A stretch of DNA of 64,000 nt. It comes from Macrostomum lignano (lineage: Eukaryota). The stretch lies in NCBI GenBank assembly GCA_002269645.1, contig NIVC01000073.1, forward strand, positions 868,001 through 932,000, given 5' to 3'. Shown piece by piece: positions 12,028 to 24,707 of this stretch. The notes beneath the pieces were generated by a model. The model saw only the letters and a list, made by a program, of their open reading frames with translations, was not told where the DNA came from and did not search any database. Within the stretch, counting starts at the first letter, position 1; the number at the start of each line of letters is the position of its first letter. Position numbers and translations under genes: made by a program.

Positions 12028-15000
12028 TAGTATCGGAATTAGAGTATATCTAGTCTAGACCAAGTGCCTCCGTTCTGGGGCTTTTTATCGAAATTGATCA
12101 TTACAAAAAAATTTGCAAGACAATTCTCTAAAATGGCACTTTTTGGGACTCGAACCAATGAAAATGGCGTTAAGATACGAGCTTCCTGGCACTCGGACAG
12201 TAAAAAAGACACTTCTAATTCGAAGAATGGCATTCAGACATCCAAAATTGCACCAAGAAATCAAAAACACCATCAAAACATCAGAAACGACGTCCAGACA
12301 TGCAAAATGCATCCAGACATACAAAATGGCATCCAGACATACAAAATGGCATCCAGACATACAAAATGGCATCCAGACATACAAAATGTCATCGAGGCAT
12401 CCAAAACGTCATTCAAACATACAAAATGGCATCCAGACATACAAAATGGCATCCAGACATACAAAATGGAATTCAGACATACAAAATGGCATCCAGACAT
12501 ACAAAATGGCATCCAGACATACAAAATGGCATCCAGACATACAAAATGGCATCGAGGCATCCAAAACGTCATTCAAACATACAAAATGGCATTCAGACAT
12601 ACAAAATGGCATTCAGACATACAAAATGGCATCCAGACATACAAAATGGCATCCAGACATACAAAATGGCATCCAGACATCCAAAATGGCATCCAGACAT
12701 CCAAAATGGCTACAAAAAGACCAAAAATGGTACCACAACACTAAAAATATTCACCCCAGACACCAACAAAAATGGCAATAAGCCGCTCAAAATGGCATCC
12801 AGACACCCACAATGTCATCTCCAATCACGCATAGCAGCGGAAGCAGTCGGTAGTCCTCAATCTACATGGAAATATTTGCTTTAATTTCCGTCAATTTCGG
12901 CGAGTGCCACAGAGGATTAAGCCACTGAAAGAGAGAGGGGGGATGAAGAGAGAGAATAAATAAATTTTTACGACCCGACCAGGAGAGCTCAAACTGGCAG
13001 GGCTGTAAATCCGAGGGCTGTAAAATTCTCAGCGGCCCCGCGGGGGCATCCATCAAGCTCAGCTCAGCTCAGCGTCTGGTAATCTTGATCGACTCAAACC
13101 ATGGCATATGGGAGGGAATTTCTCCCCGCCTTCTATGGCGCTAATTCTTTGCCTATCAACGGAACAAGCAGCTAGTGCTCACTTTGAGCACAGAATCCCT
13201 CTCCCCTCTCTACTCTCCCGTCTCCCCTCTCTACTCTCCCGACTCCCTTCTCTACTCTCCCGACTCCCTTCTCTACTATCCCGTCTCCCCTCTCTACTCT
13301 CCCGTCTCCCCTCTCTACTCTCCCGTCTCCCCTCTCTACTCTCCCGACTCCCTTCTCTACTCTCCCGTCTCCCCTCTCTACTCTCCCGTCTCCCCTCTCT
13401 ACTCTCCCGTCTCCCCTCTCTACTCTCCCGACTCCCTTCTCTACTCTCCCGTCTCCCCTCTCTACTCTCCCGTCTCCCCTCTCTACTCTCCCGTCTCCCC
13501 TCTCTACTCTCCCGTCTCCCCTCTCTACTCTCCCGTCTCCCCTCTCTACTCTCCCGTCTCCCCTCTCTACTCTCCCGTCTCCCCTCTCTACTCTCCCGTC
13601 TCCCCTCTCTACTCTCCCGTCTCCCCTCTCTACTCTCCCGTCTCCCCTCTCTACTCTCCCGTCTCCCCTCTCTACTCTCCCGTCTCCCCTCTCTACTCTC
13701 CCGTCTCCCCTCTCTACTCTCCCGTCTCCCCTCTCTACTCTCCCGTCTCCCCTCTCTACTCTCCCGCTCTCTCTACTCTTTCGTCTCCCCTCTCTACTCT
13801 CCTCCCTCTACCCTCCCGTCTCCTCTCTCTACTCTCCCTTCTCTCCTCTCTACTCTTCCGCCTCCCTCTTTATCCTCCCCTATCTACTCTCCCCTACATA
13901 CCATCTACTCACTCTACTCTTTTCATTATTCTTCTATTTCATCTTTTCATTATTCTTCTATCTCCCCTCGCTCCTTAATCATCTCAATGTCAATCTGACA
14001 TTTACTTCTTTCGCTGAAAATGTTCAACCTTTGTATCATGAAGAAATTTGCCCTTCAAATAATAAGCTAATGTAATTAATTCCCCAGGACGATATGCAGT
14101 TTGCTAGTACATTTGCTAGACATTTCTCCCAAAAATTACTTTGCTCAGTAAGCCCCACCGGAGGCCAGACCGTATGCCATATTTCCAACAAAAGTTCAAC
14201 AGTCTAAGAGAAAAAAGACAGACTGACTTTGAGCAAACACAGACCGGCACTGAGCCAGGGCCTCCAGAATTCCTCTTGCTCGGATATTTGATCCCGCCTC
14301 ATCGAGATCGGTTTGAGGCCTCATCTGCCTAGCAACTGAGATGCCGAAGTGAATAAGGATAACCGGATAGGGGCAGGAGTTCGAGTTCTGACTCCATCTC
14401 TGAGTTTTTCTTTTCTACTCAAATCCAAAAACCTGTTCTCGGAATTAACAGAATTCCGCTAAATAATTGCGATTTTGTGTTCTTAAAATATGATGATTTT
14501 TTGTCCCTAAAATATGATTTTGTGTCCCTCAAGTATGATGATTTTGTGTCGCTAAAATATGATGATTTTGTGTCGCTAAAATATGATGATTTTGTGTCGC
14601 TAAAATATGATGATTTTGTGTCACTAAAATATGATGATTTTGTGTCGCTAAAATATGATGATTTTGTGTCGCTAAAATATGATGATTTTGTGTCGCTAAA
14701 ATATGATGATTTTGTGTCGCTAAAATATGATGATTTTGTGTCGCTAAAATATGATGATTTTGTGTCACTAAAATATGATTTTGTGTTGCTAAAATATGAT
14801 GATTTTGTGTCGCTAAAATATGATGATTTTGTGTCACTAAAATATGATTTTGTGTTCCTAAAATATGATGATTTTGTGTCACTAAAATATGATTTTGTGT
14901 TGCTAAAATATAATGATTTTGTGTCGCTAAAACATGATGATTTTGTGTCACTAAAATATGATGATTTGTGTCACTAAAATATGATGATTTTGTGTCGCTA

Positions 15001-18000
15001 AAATATGATGATTTTGTGTCACTAAAATATGATTTTGTGTTGCTAAAATATGATGATTTTGTGTCGCTAAAATATGATGATTTTGTGTCACTAAAATATG
15101 ATTTTGTGTTGCTAAAATATGATGATTTTGTGTCACTAAAATATGATTTTGTGTTCCTAAAATATGATGATTTTGTGTCACTAAAATATGATTTTGTGTT
15201 GCTAAAATATAATGATTTTGTGTCGCTAAAACATGATGATTTTGTGTCACTAAAATATGATGATTTTGTGTCACTAAAAAATAATGATTTTGTGTCGCTA
15301 AAATATGATGATTTTGTGTCGCTAAAATATGATGATTTTGTGTTTCTAAAATATGATTTTTGTTCAACCGTGTTCTATAATAGCACAGAAAACCATCTTA
15401 TTTTGTGGTCACAAAGACATTATTTCAGCAATAGCGATATTTTTTGCGCAAAGTTACCCTTAACTAACAAGACAAAAGTCAAAGTGAAATCAAGATGTTA
15501 AAGGTGCATATGGGTCCAGTTGTAAAAGTACAACTGGCATTTGCCCGCCGACTGCCTATTTGAATAATTGCGCTCGTGCAAAGAAATAATTGCGCATCGC
15601 ATCAAGACTTTTGCTTTGTTGCAGAAAACTGAAGCATACTTTGTGCATACAGTGTAGTGTAAGGTTAGGATGGGGTGTACTCTAATTATAGACAGGCTTA
15701 CATGTAAGCACAGAATGGTGTCTGCGGTACGAGATGCGACTCTTCCATTAGGGAGATGCGACTCTTCCATTAGAGAGATGCGACTCTTCCATTAGGGAGA
15801 TGCGACTCTTCCATTAGGGAGATGCGACTCTTCCATTAGGGAGATGCGACTCTTCCATTAGGGAGATGCGACTCTTCCATTAGGGAAAGGCGACTCTTCC
15901 AATAGGGAGGTGTGACTCTTCCGTTAGAGAGATGCGACTCTTCCATTAGGGAGATGCGACTCTTCCATTAGGGAGATGCGACTCTTCCATTAGGGAAAGG
16001 CGACTCTTCCATTAGGGAGGTGCGACTCTTCCATTAGGGAGGTGTGACTCTTCCATTAGGGAGGTGCGACTCTTCCATTAGGGAGGTGTGACTCTTCCAT
16101 TAGGGAGCTGTGACTCTTCCATTAGGGAAAGGCGACTCTTCCGTTAGAGAGATGCGACTCTTCCATTAGGGAGGTGCGACTCTTCCATTAGGGAGGTGTG
16201 ACTCTTCCATTAGGGAGGTGTGACTCTTCCATTAGGGAGCTGTGACTCTTCCATTAGGGAAAGGCGACTCTTCCATTAGAGAGATGCGACTCTTCCATTA
16301 GGGAGATGCGACTCTTCCATTAGAGAGATGCGACTCTTCCATTAGAGAGATGCGACTCTTCCATTAGGGAGATGCGACTCTTCCATTAGGGAGATGCGAC
16401 TCTTCCATTAGGGAAAGGCGACTCTTCCATTAGGGAGGTGCGACTCTTCCATTAGGGAGGTGTGACTCTTCCATTAGGGAGGTGCGACTCTTCCATTAGG
16501 GAGGTGTGACTCTTCCATTAGGGAGCTGTGACTCTTCCATTAGGGAAAGGCGACTCTTCCGTTAGAGAGATGCGACTCTTCCATTAGGGAGGTGCGACTC
16601 TTCCATTAGGGAGGTGTGACTCTTCCATTAGGGAGGTGCGACTCTTCCATTAGGGAGGTGTGACTCTTCCATTAGGGAGCTGTGACTCTTCCATTAGGGA
16701 AAGGCGACTCTTCCGTTAGAGAGATGCGACTCTTCCATTAGGGAGGTGTGACTCTTCCATTAGGGAGGTGTGACTCTTCCATTAGGGAAAGGCGACTCTT
16801 CCGTTAGGGAGATGCGACTCTTCCATTAGGGAGGTGCGACTCTTCCATTAGGGAGGTGTGACTCTTCCATTAGGGAGGTGTGACTCTTCCATTAGGGAGG
16901 TGTGACTCTTCCATTAGGGAGGTGTGACTCTTCCATTAGGGAAAGGCGACTCTTCCGTTAGGGAGATGCGACTCTTCCATTAGGGAGGTGCGACTCTTCC
17001 ATTAGGGAGGTGTGACTCTTCCATTAGGGAGGTGTGCCTCTTCCACTAGAGAGATGCTACTCTTCCATTAGGGAAAGGCGACTCTTCCGTTAGAGAGATG
17101 CGACTCTTCCATTAGGGAGGTGTGACTCTTCCATTAGGGAGGTGCGACTCTTCCATTAGGGAGCTGTGACTCTTCCATTAGGGAGCTGTGACTCTTCCAT
17201 TAGGGAAAGGCGACTCTTCCGTTAGAGAGATGCGACTCTTCCATTAGGGAGGTGTGACTCTTCCATTAGGGAGGTGTGACTCTTCCATTAGGGAGGTGCG
17301 ACTCTTCCATTAGGGAGGTGTGACTCTTCCATTAGGGAGGTGCGACTCTACCAGATAGAAGATCATTTTATTACGTAGATGATTTCATAAGGCAAAATAA
17401 GGGCAGAAAATTTTACTGTCCATAAATTTAACTAATCTAACAAACTACTCAAACAAATGCCAGGTTCTGCCCGTCTGCCTTTTTCTACCTGTTAGTAACT
17501 GTGCCAAGCACCTGGTTTCTGGAACTGGAACTGGTGGACTGGCGAATCGAATGCAACAGGACCTACAGAACTACAGACGATATTCTGTGCAAGCATAGGC
17601 GAACTGCTAATGCTTCTGCGGTGCACGTGAGTGGTCAAAAATTGTGTCCGGCTGGGGTGTCAGGTTAGGGTGTCCGGATGATGTGTCCGGATAGGGTGTC
17701 CGGATAGGGTGCCCGGATAGGGTGCCCGGATAATGTGTCTGGATAGGATGTACGGACAGGGTGTCGGCCGGATAGGGTGTCCGGTTAGGATGTACGGACA
17801 GGGTGTCGGCCGGATAGGGTGTCCGGTTAGGATGTACGGACAGGGTTTCGGCCGGATAGGGTGTCCGGTTAGGATGTACGGACAGGGTGTCGGCCGGATA
17901 GGGTGCCCGGATAGGGTGTCCGGATAGGGTGTCCGGATAGGGTGTCCGGATAGGGTGTCCGGATAGGCTGCCTTGATACGGGTGTGACCAGAGCATCATG

Positions 18001-19156
18001 CTGCAGTGTCAGATTCATCTGTCAATCAAAAAGTACATAGGGAACTTTCATACGCTTGACTCCGCATCGCCTCCGTCCACTCTTCGTCCAGACCAAAGGA
18101 GACGAGGACTTTCTGGGCGCTCAGGACTTTGAGCAGACAATACGGACTCTCGAACAGCTGCTTCTGCTTCTACTCATCCTGGGTCGCTGGATGCTGCCCA
18201 AGGGCAAGCTGACTCACGACCAGCTGTCCCAGCTGCTTCTCGTGTACATCGGCACCGCGGCCGATATTGTCGAATTCTTCGAAGCCTTCAAAGAGGAAGT
18301 GGTGAAACGCGATCGAAACCTCATCATGTTGATCCTGACCATCTGGACCTGGTCACTGCTCCAGTTCGTCCTGGTCATAACGGCGCAACGAGCGCGCAAA
18401 GACCACTCAGGCCTGGTGGCGTCTCGACGTCGCACTGTGAAGGAGTCGCCAGCAACGCCAGAAGAAGAGGAGAATTACTGCTACTGCTCACCCGAGGTGT
18501 TCGGCATCGTGATCTCCATGCTGCTGCAGGACCTGCCCTACCTAGTGACGCGGCTGTACATGATGTTCAACTACAACACCACCAGTTACACAAACGTGTT
18601 CTTCACCCTCAAGAACAGTCTGGTCTGCAGCCTGCTGACTTACCGTCTCGTGGTCATCTACTCGGAGCGATTCCGTCGAATTAGAAAGGCCAGACGGGCC
18701 AAGCTGGCCGGAGCGCCCAGAGTCGTGCTGCTGGATGACGGGTCCGAGGCTGGCGGCGACGTGCCCGAATCGATGCTCACCAGCGCTGGGGGAGATGCTC
18801 GAGGCTCCTTGCTGGCTAACGGCGGCGGAGCGTCCAGCAGCACCAGCTTGGTGAAGCTGTGCCTCCGGGAGAAGTACCAGCAGCCCGGGCCTCCTGAGCC
18901 GGAGCAGATGCCCCGCTCGGTGTCCCTGCGGCTGGTGCGCTACTCATCCTCGGATAGGAACCCCCCGACGGCGATGTCGCATTCGGCCACGACGGCTGGC
19001 CTGTCGCCGACACCGCCGCGGTTGACTCTGCGGCCGCACCGGCCGGCTTCGTTAGCGGGCGACGAATCAGTGCCGGTGGACAGCGGCAAACTGGCTGGTG
19101 GCGGAGGCAGGCCAGCGATTGCAGCTGCGCACCTGGCTGACAAGTCCGACTTGTAG
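6217..19156 (+). CDS. TMEM26: Transmembrane protein 26 homologue; exons 6217-6407, 17464-17626, 18092-19156 (472 aa)
   Basis: Exon 1 [20 protein letters not shown]...YWYLA...GREWK(W); exon 2 (W)[22 protein letters not shown]; exon 3 [43 protein letters not shown], the TMEM26 hallmark. GT/AG sites have matching phases (TG|gtgagg...ccag|G; CAC|gtgagt...ccag|ACC). Confidence 0.9.
6436..7190. repeat. 24/20-bp minisatellite (TGTGTCCTATGGAGGTCACTAGCT / TGTGTCCTATGGAGTCACTT), TMEM26 intron 1
   Basis: Visible array starting about 30 nt after the donor. Confidence 0.95.
7862..8130 (+). mobile_element. tRNA-derived SINE, copy 1
   Basis: Pol III A box (TAGTCTAGTGG) and B box (GGTTCGATTCCC), followed by GTGTCCTTGAGCAAGACACTT, a body and an AT-rich tail. 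Homologous to 53388-53684 on the opposite strand. Confidence 0.8.
8802..11132. repeat. ~83-bp satellite (~28 copies) with a 500-bp higher-order repeat
   Basis: Unit AGTCACACTACCAGAGCGATATTCAGTGTGTGGTGC(G/A)GGAAATG...TTTGACCATAGACTA(C/T)TTAGTTCTTGAATG. Variant copies at 9615, 10115 and 10615 recur every 500 bp. Confidence 0.95.
11355..11383. repeat. (CT)n microsatellite
   Basis: Direct. Confidence 0.95.
11933..12023. repeat. (GA)n microsatellite
   Basis: Direct. Confidence 0.95.
12220..12810. repeat. 20-bp minisatellite (ACAAAATGGCATCCAGACAT)n
   Basis: Direct, with degenerate flanks. Confidence 0.93.
13195..13800. repeat. 21-bp polypyrimidine minisatellite (CTCCCCTCTCTACTCTCCCGT)n
   Basis: Direct. 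Confidence 0.95.
14472..15362. repeat. 24/21-bp minisatellite (TTTGTGTCGCTAAAATATGATGAT)n
   Basis: Direct. Confidence 0.95.
15733..17350. repeat. 22-bp minisatellite (GCGACTCTTCCATTAGGGAGAT/GT)n, ~73 copies
   Basis: Direct; ends about 110 nt before TMEM26 exon 2. Confidence 0.95.
17643..17970. repeat. 13-bp-based minisatellite (CCGGATAGGGTGT) with ~39-bp composite units, TMEM26 intron 2
   Basis: Direct. Confidence 0.9.
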
Positions 19157-19212
19157 CTTCTCCGGCCGGCGTTGTGCACTGATCCAGGGGCTGGTAGAAG
19201 GCTTTTTCATGG

Positions 19213-19385
19213 CTTTAGAATTGAGGGGCTTTAGCACCATGGGCTTTAGCACCGGTGGCTTTAGCACCATGGGCTTAAGCACCAGGGGCTTTAGCACCAG
19301 GGGCTTTAGCACCAGGGGCATTAGCACCGGTGGCTTTAGCATCAGGGGCTTTAGCATCAGGGGCTTTAGCACCAGGGGCTTTAGG
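19213..19385. repeat. 15-bp minisatellite (GGCTTTAGCACCAGG)n in the TMEM26 3' flank/UTR
   Basis: Direct. Confidence 0.9.
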
Positions 19386-21504
19386 CCGAAAATGGAAACT
19401 GTCTTTAGTAAAACAAAGTACATTTACAATGCTGAAACTCAATGCTGCAGCTCTCTAATGGTGTCGTCAATTGTTTTGTACCAGTATGTGCGTTGTACCT
19501 CGCAGTTTTTCTTATTGGTCAGAGACTTTTTAACTGAACTAAATATTGCATTAACAGAATTCTAGTTGATGTCTAGGAGACACTGTCGTTATCACTTTTC
19601 TACTTTTGTACTAGCTTATACCTAATCATATATCCCTAGTATATTCCATTGAATTGCTTTTGTTGTCAATTGTCAAAGACATTCGGTGTCCGGTCTGGAA
19701 CGCCCTGGTCGATCAGCTACGTTGCTATTGTCAGTCAAGTTTATAGTAAATCCAACCAACTTTGAGAAATGCCATTTGGCAGCAGTAGATTCGGTCTTGC
19801 CCATAGACATAGACATAGACGGGAAAAGGCAAGCAACTTGATACTGCCTATGTCTATGGCCAACAGCCCATTCACTGATTTCTGCTTAAAAGTACATTTA
19901 TCTAATAGATTTTTATCGATGTCACAATTTTTGAAAAGAATTACTGCAATTTTAAACAAATTATATCTGTACAAGTAAATGCACAATTTACCGTGTCTTT
20001 TCACATTTCAATAAATTTGTTATTATTGTATCAAATGCGAAATCAATTATTGTACCAGTAGTAGTCATGGACAGCGCTGTACTCGAAATCGTGATAAAAT
20101 GTTGCTGTTGGTTGCGGTTTTCGATGCTAAAAATTCATTTTTTTCAATTTTATTTAAAATATTAACTCCCGGCTTCCCTAATAGTGCATTGCGAGTTCCG
20201 AATATACTATTATACTACAAGTATCTATCTGAATTGCCATTTATCAAACTATATTGTAATGGAACATGATTATTTGTTATGCATCAATCAGTGTATTGTT
20301 TTGTCTTAGTTATAGTTAGCCGCATGTACCTGAATCAGCCTCTCTCAGTCCTTCATTCCGCTATCTAACTTGTGGCGTCTTGTAGCAAGCCACGCCAAAG
20401 TGTGCAGTAGGATGCATACAAGTGGCTTCAGATTTGGAATAAATTCTTTTTGCTCTCTGGCTTCGGCTACAGGATTTAAACCCGTAGAAACTACAAGGCA
20501 TAGCATCAAGATTGTGTATTATATATGCAGTATTGGTAGTAGCTCGATGTAGGTAATATCGGTATATCCGTCTGCCACTGTAAATAAACATCAGTAGGTG
20601 AAAAGTACTTTATTATTAACTACTGTGTAGCTAAAAAGATGGCATCACCAAGAAAGTAGCATAAAATTGCTACCACCTGTGGCGACTAACCGGTAGGTAT
20701 AGTAATTATTGGAAAAAATAATTTCCACAATATGCTACTGTTAAGTAACAAAAATAAGTAGTATAGCTTATGATTAAAAGGCTATACACGCTAAACAATA
20801 AATTGGTTGAAGGGTCAAAATTTTTCTACCTTACAAAAGTTCTTTAATTTAAGCATCATATTGAAATTTAAATTGAAGAAATATAAATAGAACAGACCCC
20901 GCATCTATGCTACTTTTAGTAGCTTACTAACTGCACTTGCAACCTGCTTTGCTTCCCAACCAGTTGATCTGATGGTCCATGACATAAACAGCAGTGGGCT
21001 TGAAAAAATTTAAAATTTTTCTTTAAATTTAGATTATATTGGTAAAAAGCTACTCAGTAAAGTAGGCAGTTAGTTTGCAAAACTAGAATTGTTAAGGTTT
21101 CTATAAATAGCAACATTTTTAGGAAGGTTAACAGCTTTGCTATGCTTCATTAAGACTCATTAAGAGATTTCTACTTGATAAAAATTCGAGTTTATTTAGT
21201 TTGAAACGAAAATTTGCGTTGTTTGGTCCAGAGCTGAAGGGTAAGCGTGATTGACGCTCGAGTCACGGGTCATGGTTGGGGCTTGTGTGCATAAAAAATG
21301 GACCAGGTTGGTTTTCCTGCGACTGCGAGGCACAGTGTACATGCCTGACCGATTAGAAAGTCAGGGCCACTGTTCACCCTGCATGAGCGAGTGTACAGCA
21401 TTGGCGCGCTTGTACTCATGTGCTCAGGAGTCTGTGGATTGGGCAGAATTGCCTCTCGGCTGTGGGACGATTATCATTTATACGATTTTGAGTCATCCCG
21501 TCAG

Positions 21505-22323
21505 TCAGATTCGCACCAACTTCATCCAGTCGGGCTTCTCAAACTCCAGCTCTGTCTCCGAGTCGCTGAACTCCGTCACCCGGCACCGCATGAGCCCGCC
21601 GTGGTACAGGAGGCTGCGACTGAACGGCCTCAGAGCAGCCAGCAGGGTGCAGTCGTCCAGGCTTGGCACGGGCCGATCCGCCTCCCAGAAGCAGTAGCGC
21701 TCGGGCTTGTTGAAGCCAGTCGTTGGCACTTCACGCCGGGCTGCCCATCGCCAACGCGATTTCGTCGGGCAGCCGCCGTCATCGGCTGCTGGCGGCTGCA
21801 GTTCGCAGACAAATCCGCTGAGCTCTTCGCACTGTTTGTCCATCAGCCCCACACCGCGGGTGCCGTTTGAGAGCATCAAACAGTCCTGCTGGCCGTTGAA
21901 GTTGTTCGGATCAAAAGAGTACCAGATCGAGTCGCTCTCGGGCATTTGGCCTCGTCCGTTGACCAGCTGCCAGCCCAGCTTTGAGTTGACTCTCTCCTCA
22001 GCCAGGTCGCTGACTCCAATCCAGAACTGGGCGCCCGGCTCAGCTACCAGAGAGCTCAGATTGCCGACCAGCGACCAGCTCGTGACGAGTTCGGCTCCCA
22101 GAGCGGCGCATCGATGGTTGGCCTCGCACCAGCTCACCTTGGCTGTCAGGTTGATCAGTACGCAGTGGCTTCGGATTCTTGAAAAGCCAGGTGGGCAGCT
22201 TGCTCCAAGCGCATCCGATACAGCTTGTACTGTTCCCAGTGTATCGAGTAAATTTGCGATAGCCCCCTGTAGAAGAACAGCTGACAACGCAACGATGGCA
22301 GTAGACTGGCAGAGCAGCCGCAT
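21505..22323 (-). CDS. Secreted C-type lectin domain protein with a C-terminal Cys-containing (PAN/apple-like) module, 272 aa, single exon
   Basis: Hydrophobic signal peptide. CTLD pattern CPPGFSRIRSHCVL..VSWCEANHRCAALGAELV..FWIGVSD..W..NG..DPNNFNGQQDCL..DKQCEELSGFVCE. Confidence 0.88.
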   Translation of the reverse strand: MRLLCQSTAIVALSAVLLQGAIANLLDTLGTVQAVSDALGASCPPGFSRIRSHCVLINLTAKVSWCEANHRCAALGAELVTSWSLVGNLSSLVAEPGAQFWIGVSDLAEERVNSKLGWQLVNGRGQMPESDSIWYSFDPNNFNGQQDCLMLSNGTRGVGLMDKQCEELSGFVCELQPPAADDGGCPTKSRWRWAARREVPTTGFNKPERYCFWEADRPVPSLDDCTLLAALRPFSRSLLYHGGLMRCRVTEFSDSETELEFEKPDWMKLVRI

Positions 22324-22907
22324 GACAACCGACAGTGTTGTCTGTTAAGATTTTAACTTCAGCTAGTTCGAGTGAAGAAACTCACTGGAAAAGTTCCAGC
22401 TAACACATGTAGATATAGCTATTAGTGCCAGTCACAGGAAAGTGAAAGGAAATCTTTCTTCCTTTCGTAGGTACTAAAATCGATGCTATCACAAAGGGAA
22501 GTCAGACAGACAATGCCTCAATGCGATTAGTTTCTCAGTCTGTCATTGCTTGTTTGCTTCAACTTGCTTCTCAACTCCGGAAGCCATGTCCGGGAAATCC
22601 CCTCCGAGACTTTTTGGAACAGGCGAATCGATTTAAGCTTTCTTCTACGCTAATCCTGATTCAACACTTTTGGCTGTTTTTGTAAGGAATCAAAGCCCCC
22701 GCCCCCCTCACAATATTGACTGTTGGGCGAAAAGTTAGCAGCTGCATCAGACCCATGGATGAAGCACGAAAAGGTGTTTCTAGTGAGCAACAAATGCGAC
22801 TTGTTGCTAGTTTTATAAGCACAAAGCCTTGGAATTGTAAATGGCAACGCCCAATGACGTAAGCAGCAGTTTTTCTGGGACCGCAACCCTACGGGGCGCC
22901 AATATTT

Positions 22908-23600
22908 GGTGATTTGGTGGGCGGCCCCTGTCTCTTGGTGGGCGGCCCGTGTCTCTTGGTGGGCGGCCCGTGTCTCTTGGTGGGCGGCCCGTGTCTCTTG
23001 GTGGGTGGCCCCTGTCTCTTGGTGGGTGGCCCCTGTCTCTTGGTGGGTGGCCCCTGTCTCTTGGTGGGTGGCCCCTGTCTCTTGGTGGGTGGCCCCTGTC
23101 TCTTGGTGGGTGGCCCCTGTCTCTTGGTGGGGGTGGGTGGCCCCTGTCTCTTGGTGGGGGTGGGTGGCCCCTGTCTCTTGGTGGGTGGCCCCTGTCTCTT
23201 GTTGGGCGGCCCGTGTCTCTTGGTGGGCGGCCCGTGTCTCTTGGTGGGCGGCCCCTGTCTCTTGGTGGGCGGCCCGTGTCTCTTGGTGGGCGGCCCGTGT
23301 CTCTTGGTGGGTGGCCCCTGTCTCTTGGTGGGTGGCCCCTGTCTCTTGGTGGGTGGCCCCTGTCTCTTGGTGGGGGTGGGTGGCCCCTGTCTCTTGGTGG
23401 GTGGCCCCTGTCTCTTGGTGGGCGGCCCGTGTCTCTTGGTGGGTGGCCCCTGTCTCTTGGAGGGTGGCCCCTGTCTCTTGGTGGGGGTGGGTGGCCCCTG
23501 TCTCTTGGTGGGTGGCCCCTGTCTCTTGGTGGGGGTGGGTGGCCCCTGTCTCTTGGTGGGTGGCCCCTGTCTCTTGGTGGGTGGCCCCTGTCTCTTGGTG
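22908..23600. repeat. 21-bp GC-rich minisatellite (GGTGGGTGGCCCCTGTCTCTT)n
   Basis: Direct. Confidence 0.95.
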
Positions 23601-24200
23601 GGCGCCCCAGCTGTCTCTTGATAGGTCCCCTACGTCTATCTCCTTGGTGGGCGCCCCAGCTGTCTCTTGATAGGTCCCCCTACGTCTATCTCCTTGGTGG
23701 GCGCCCCAGCTGTCTCTTGATAGGTCCCCCTACGTCTATCTCCTTGGTGGGCGCCCCAGCTGTCTCTTGATAGGTCCCCCTACGTCTATCTCCTTGGTGG
23801 GCGCCCCAGCTGTCTCTTGATAGGTCCCCCTACGTCTATCTCCTTGGTGGGCGCCCCAGCTGTCTCTTGATAGGTCCCCCTACGTCTATCTCCTTGGTGG
23901 GCGCCCCAGCTGTCTCTTGATAGGTCCCCCTACGTCTATCTCCTTGGTGGGCGCCCCAGCTGTCTCTTGATAGGTCCCCCTACGTCTATCTCCTTGGTGG
24001 GCGCCCCAGCTGTCTCTTGATAGGTCCCCCTACGTCTATCTCCTTGGTGGGCGCCCCAGCTGTCTCTTGATAGGTCCCCCTACGTCTATCTCCTTGGTGG
24101 GCGCCCCAGCTGTCTCTTGATAGGTCCCCCTACGTCTATCTCCTTGGTGGGCGCCCCAGCTGTCTCTTGATAGGTCCCCCTACGTCTATCTCCTTGGCGG
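23600..24200. repeat. 50-bp tandem repeat (~12 near-identical copies) related to the adjacent 21-mer
   Basis: Period 50 (e.g. 23641/23691); shares TTGGTGGGC and CTGTCTCTTG with the 21-mer. Confidence 0.95.
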
Positions 24201-24707
24201 GTGGACAGCGCGTCCAAGATTTGGCAAAGAAAACTCCAAAATAAAAGCGTTTCCGATTCTGCTACGAAACGTTGAATTTGTCGGTTTTGGCCATAGATAA
24301 AAGCTCAGAGCCAATGAAAAGTTCGATTATAATTGGCTGTGGAAGCTCTGAACAAGCGATTAAATGAAATTCTAGACAGTTAACTAATAAAAAATAATTA
24401 TGAAACTTCTACTGGCTTCATTGTGAGAAGCCATTAGCTAAAGGTGTTCGATGATACTTCGCACAAAATGACAAAAATATCAGAAAAAAGGGTGTAGGTC
24501 TACGACAACCAACCTTGTAGGATAAATATTGTAATACTTAGTGGAAGGAAACTTTATCGTTCTTGTTCTTGTGTAAATCCACTCAATGCACTTGAGTATT
24601 CGTAAGTTGCTTAGAGAATATACATGGGTTCACTGGCTTAATTTGGCATAGTTTAACCGGATTAAACAAGTCGAAAAATTTCAGTTAGTCACCTCTCGAC
24701 CGGCAAT

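Noticed and set aside
11135-12062. Foldback element suggested by opposed (CT)n/(GA)n tracts and similar CTAGACTAGA ends
   Set aside because: Terminal similarity is short and gapped and no TSD is found; microsatellite opposition can be coincidental.
13175-13978. ORF of YSPVSPL heptads resembling the RNA polymerase II CTD (YSPTSPS)
   Set aside because: It is one frame of a 21-bp polypyrimidine minisatellite inside TMEM26 intron 1; there is no RPB1 body nearby, and another frame is equally open (LPSLLSR).
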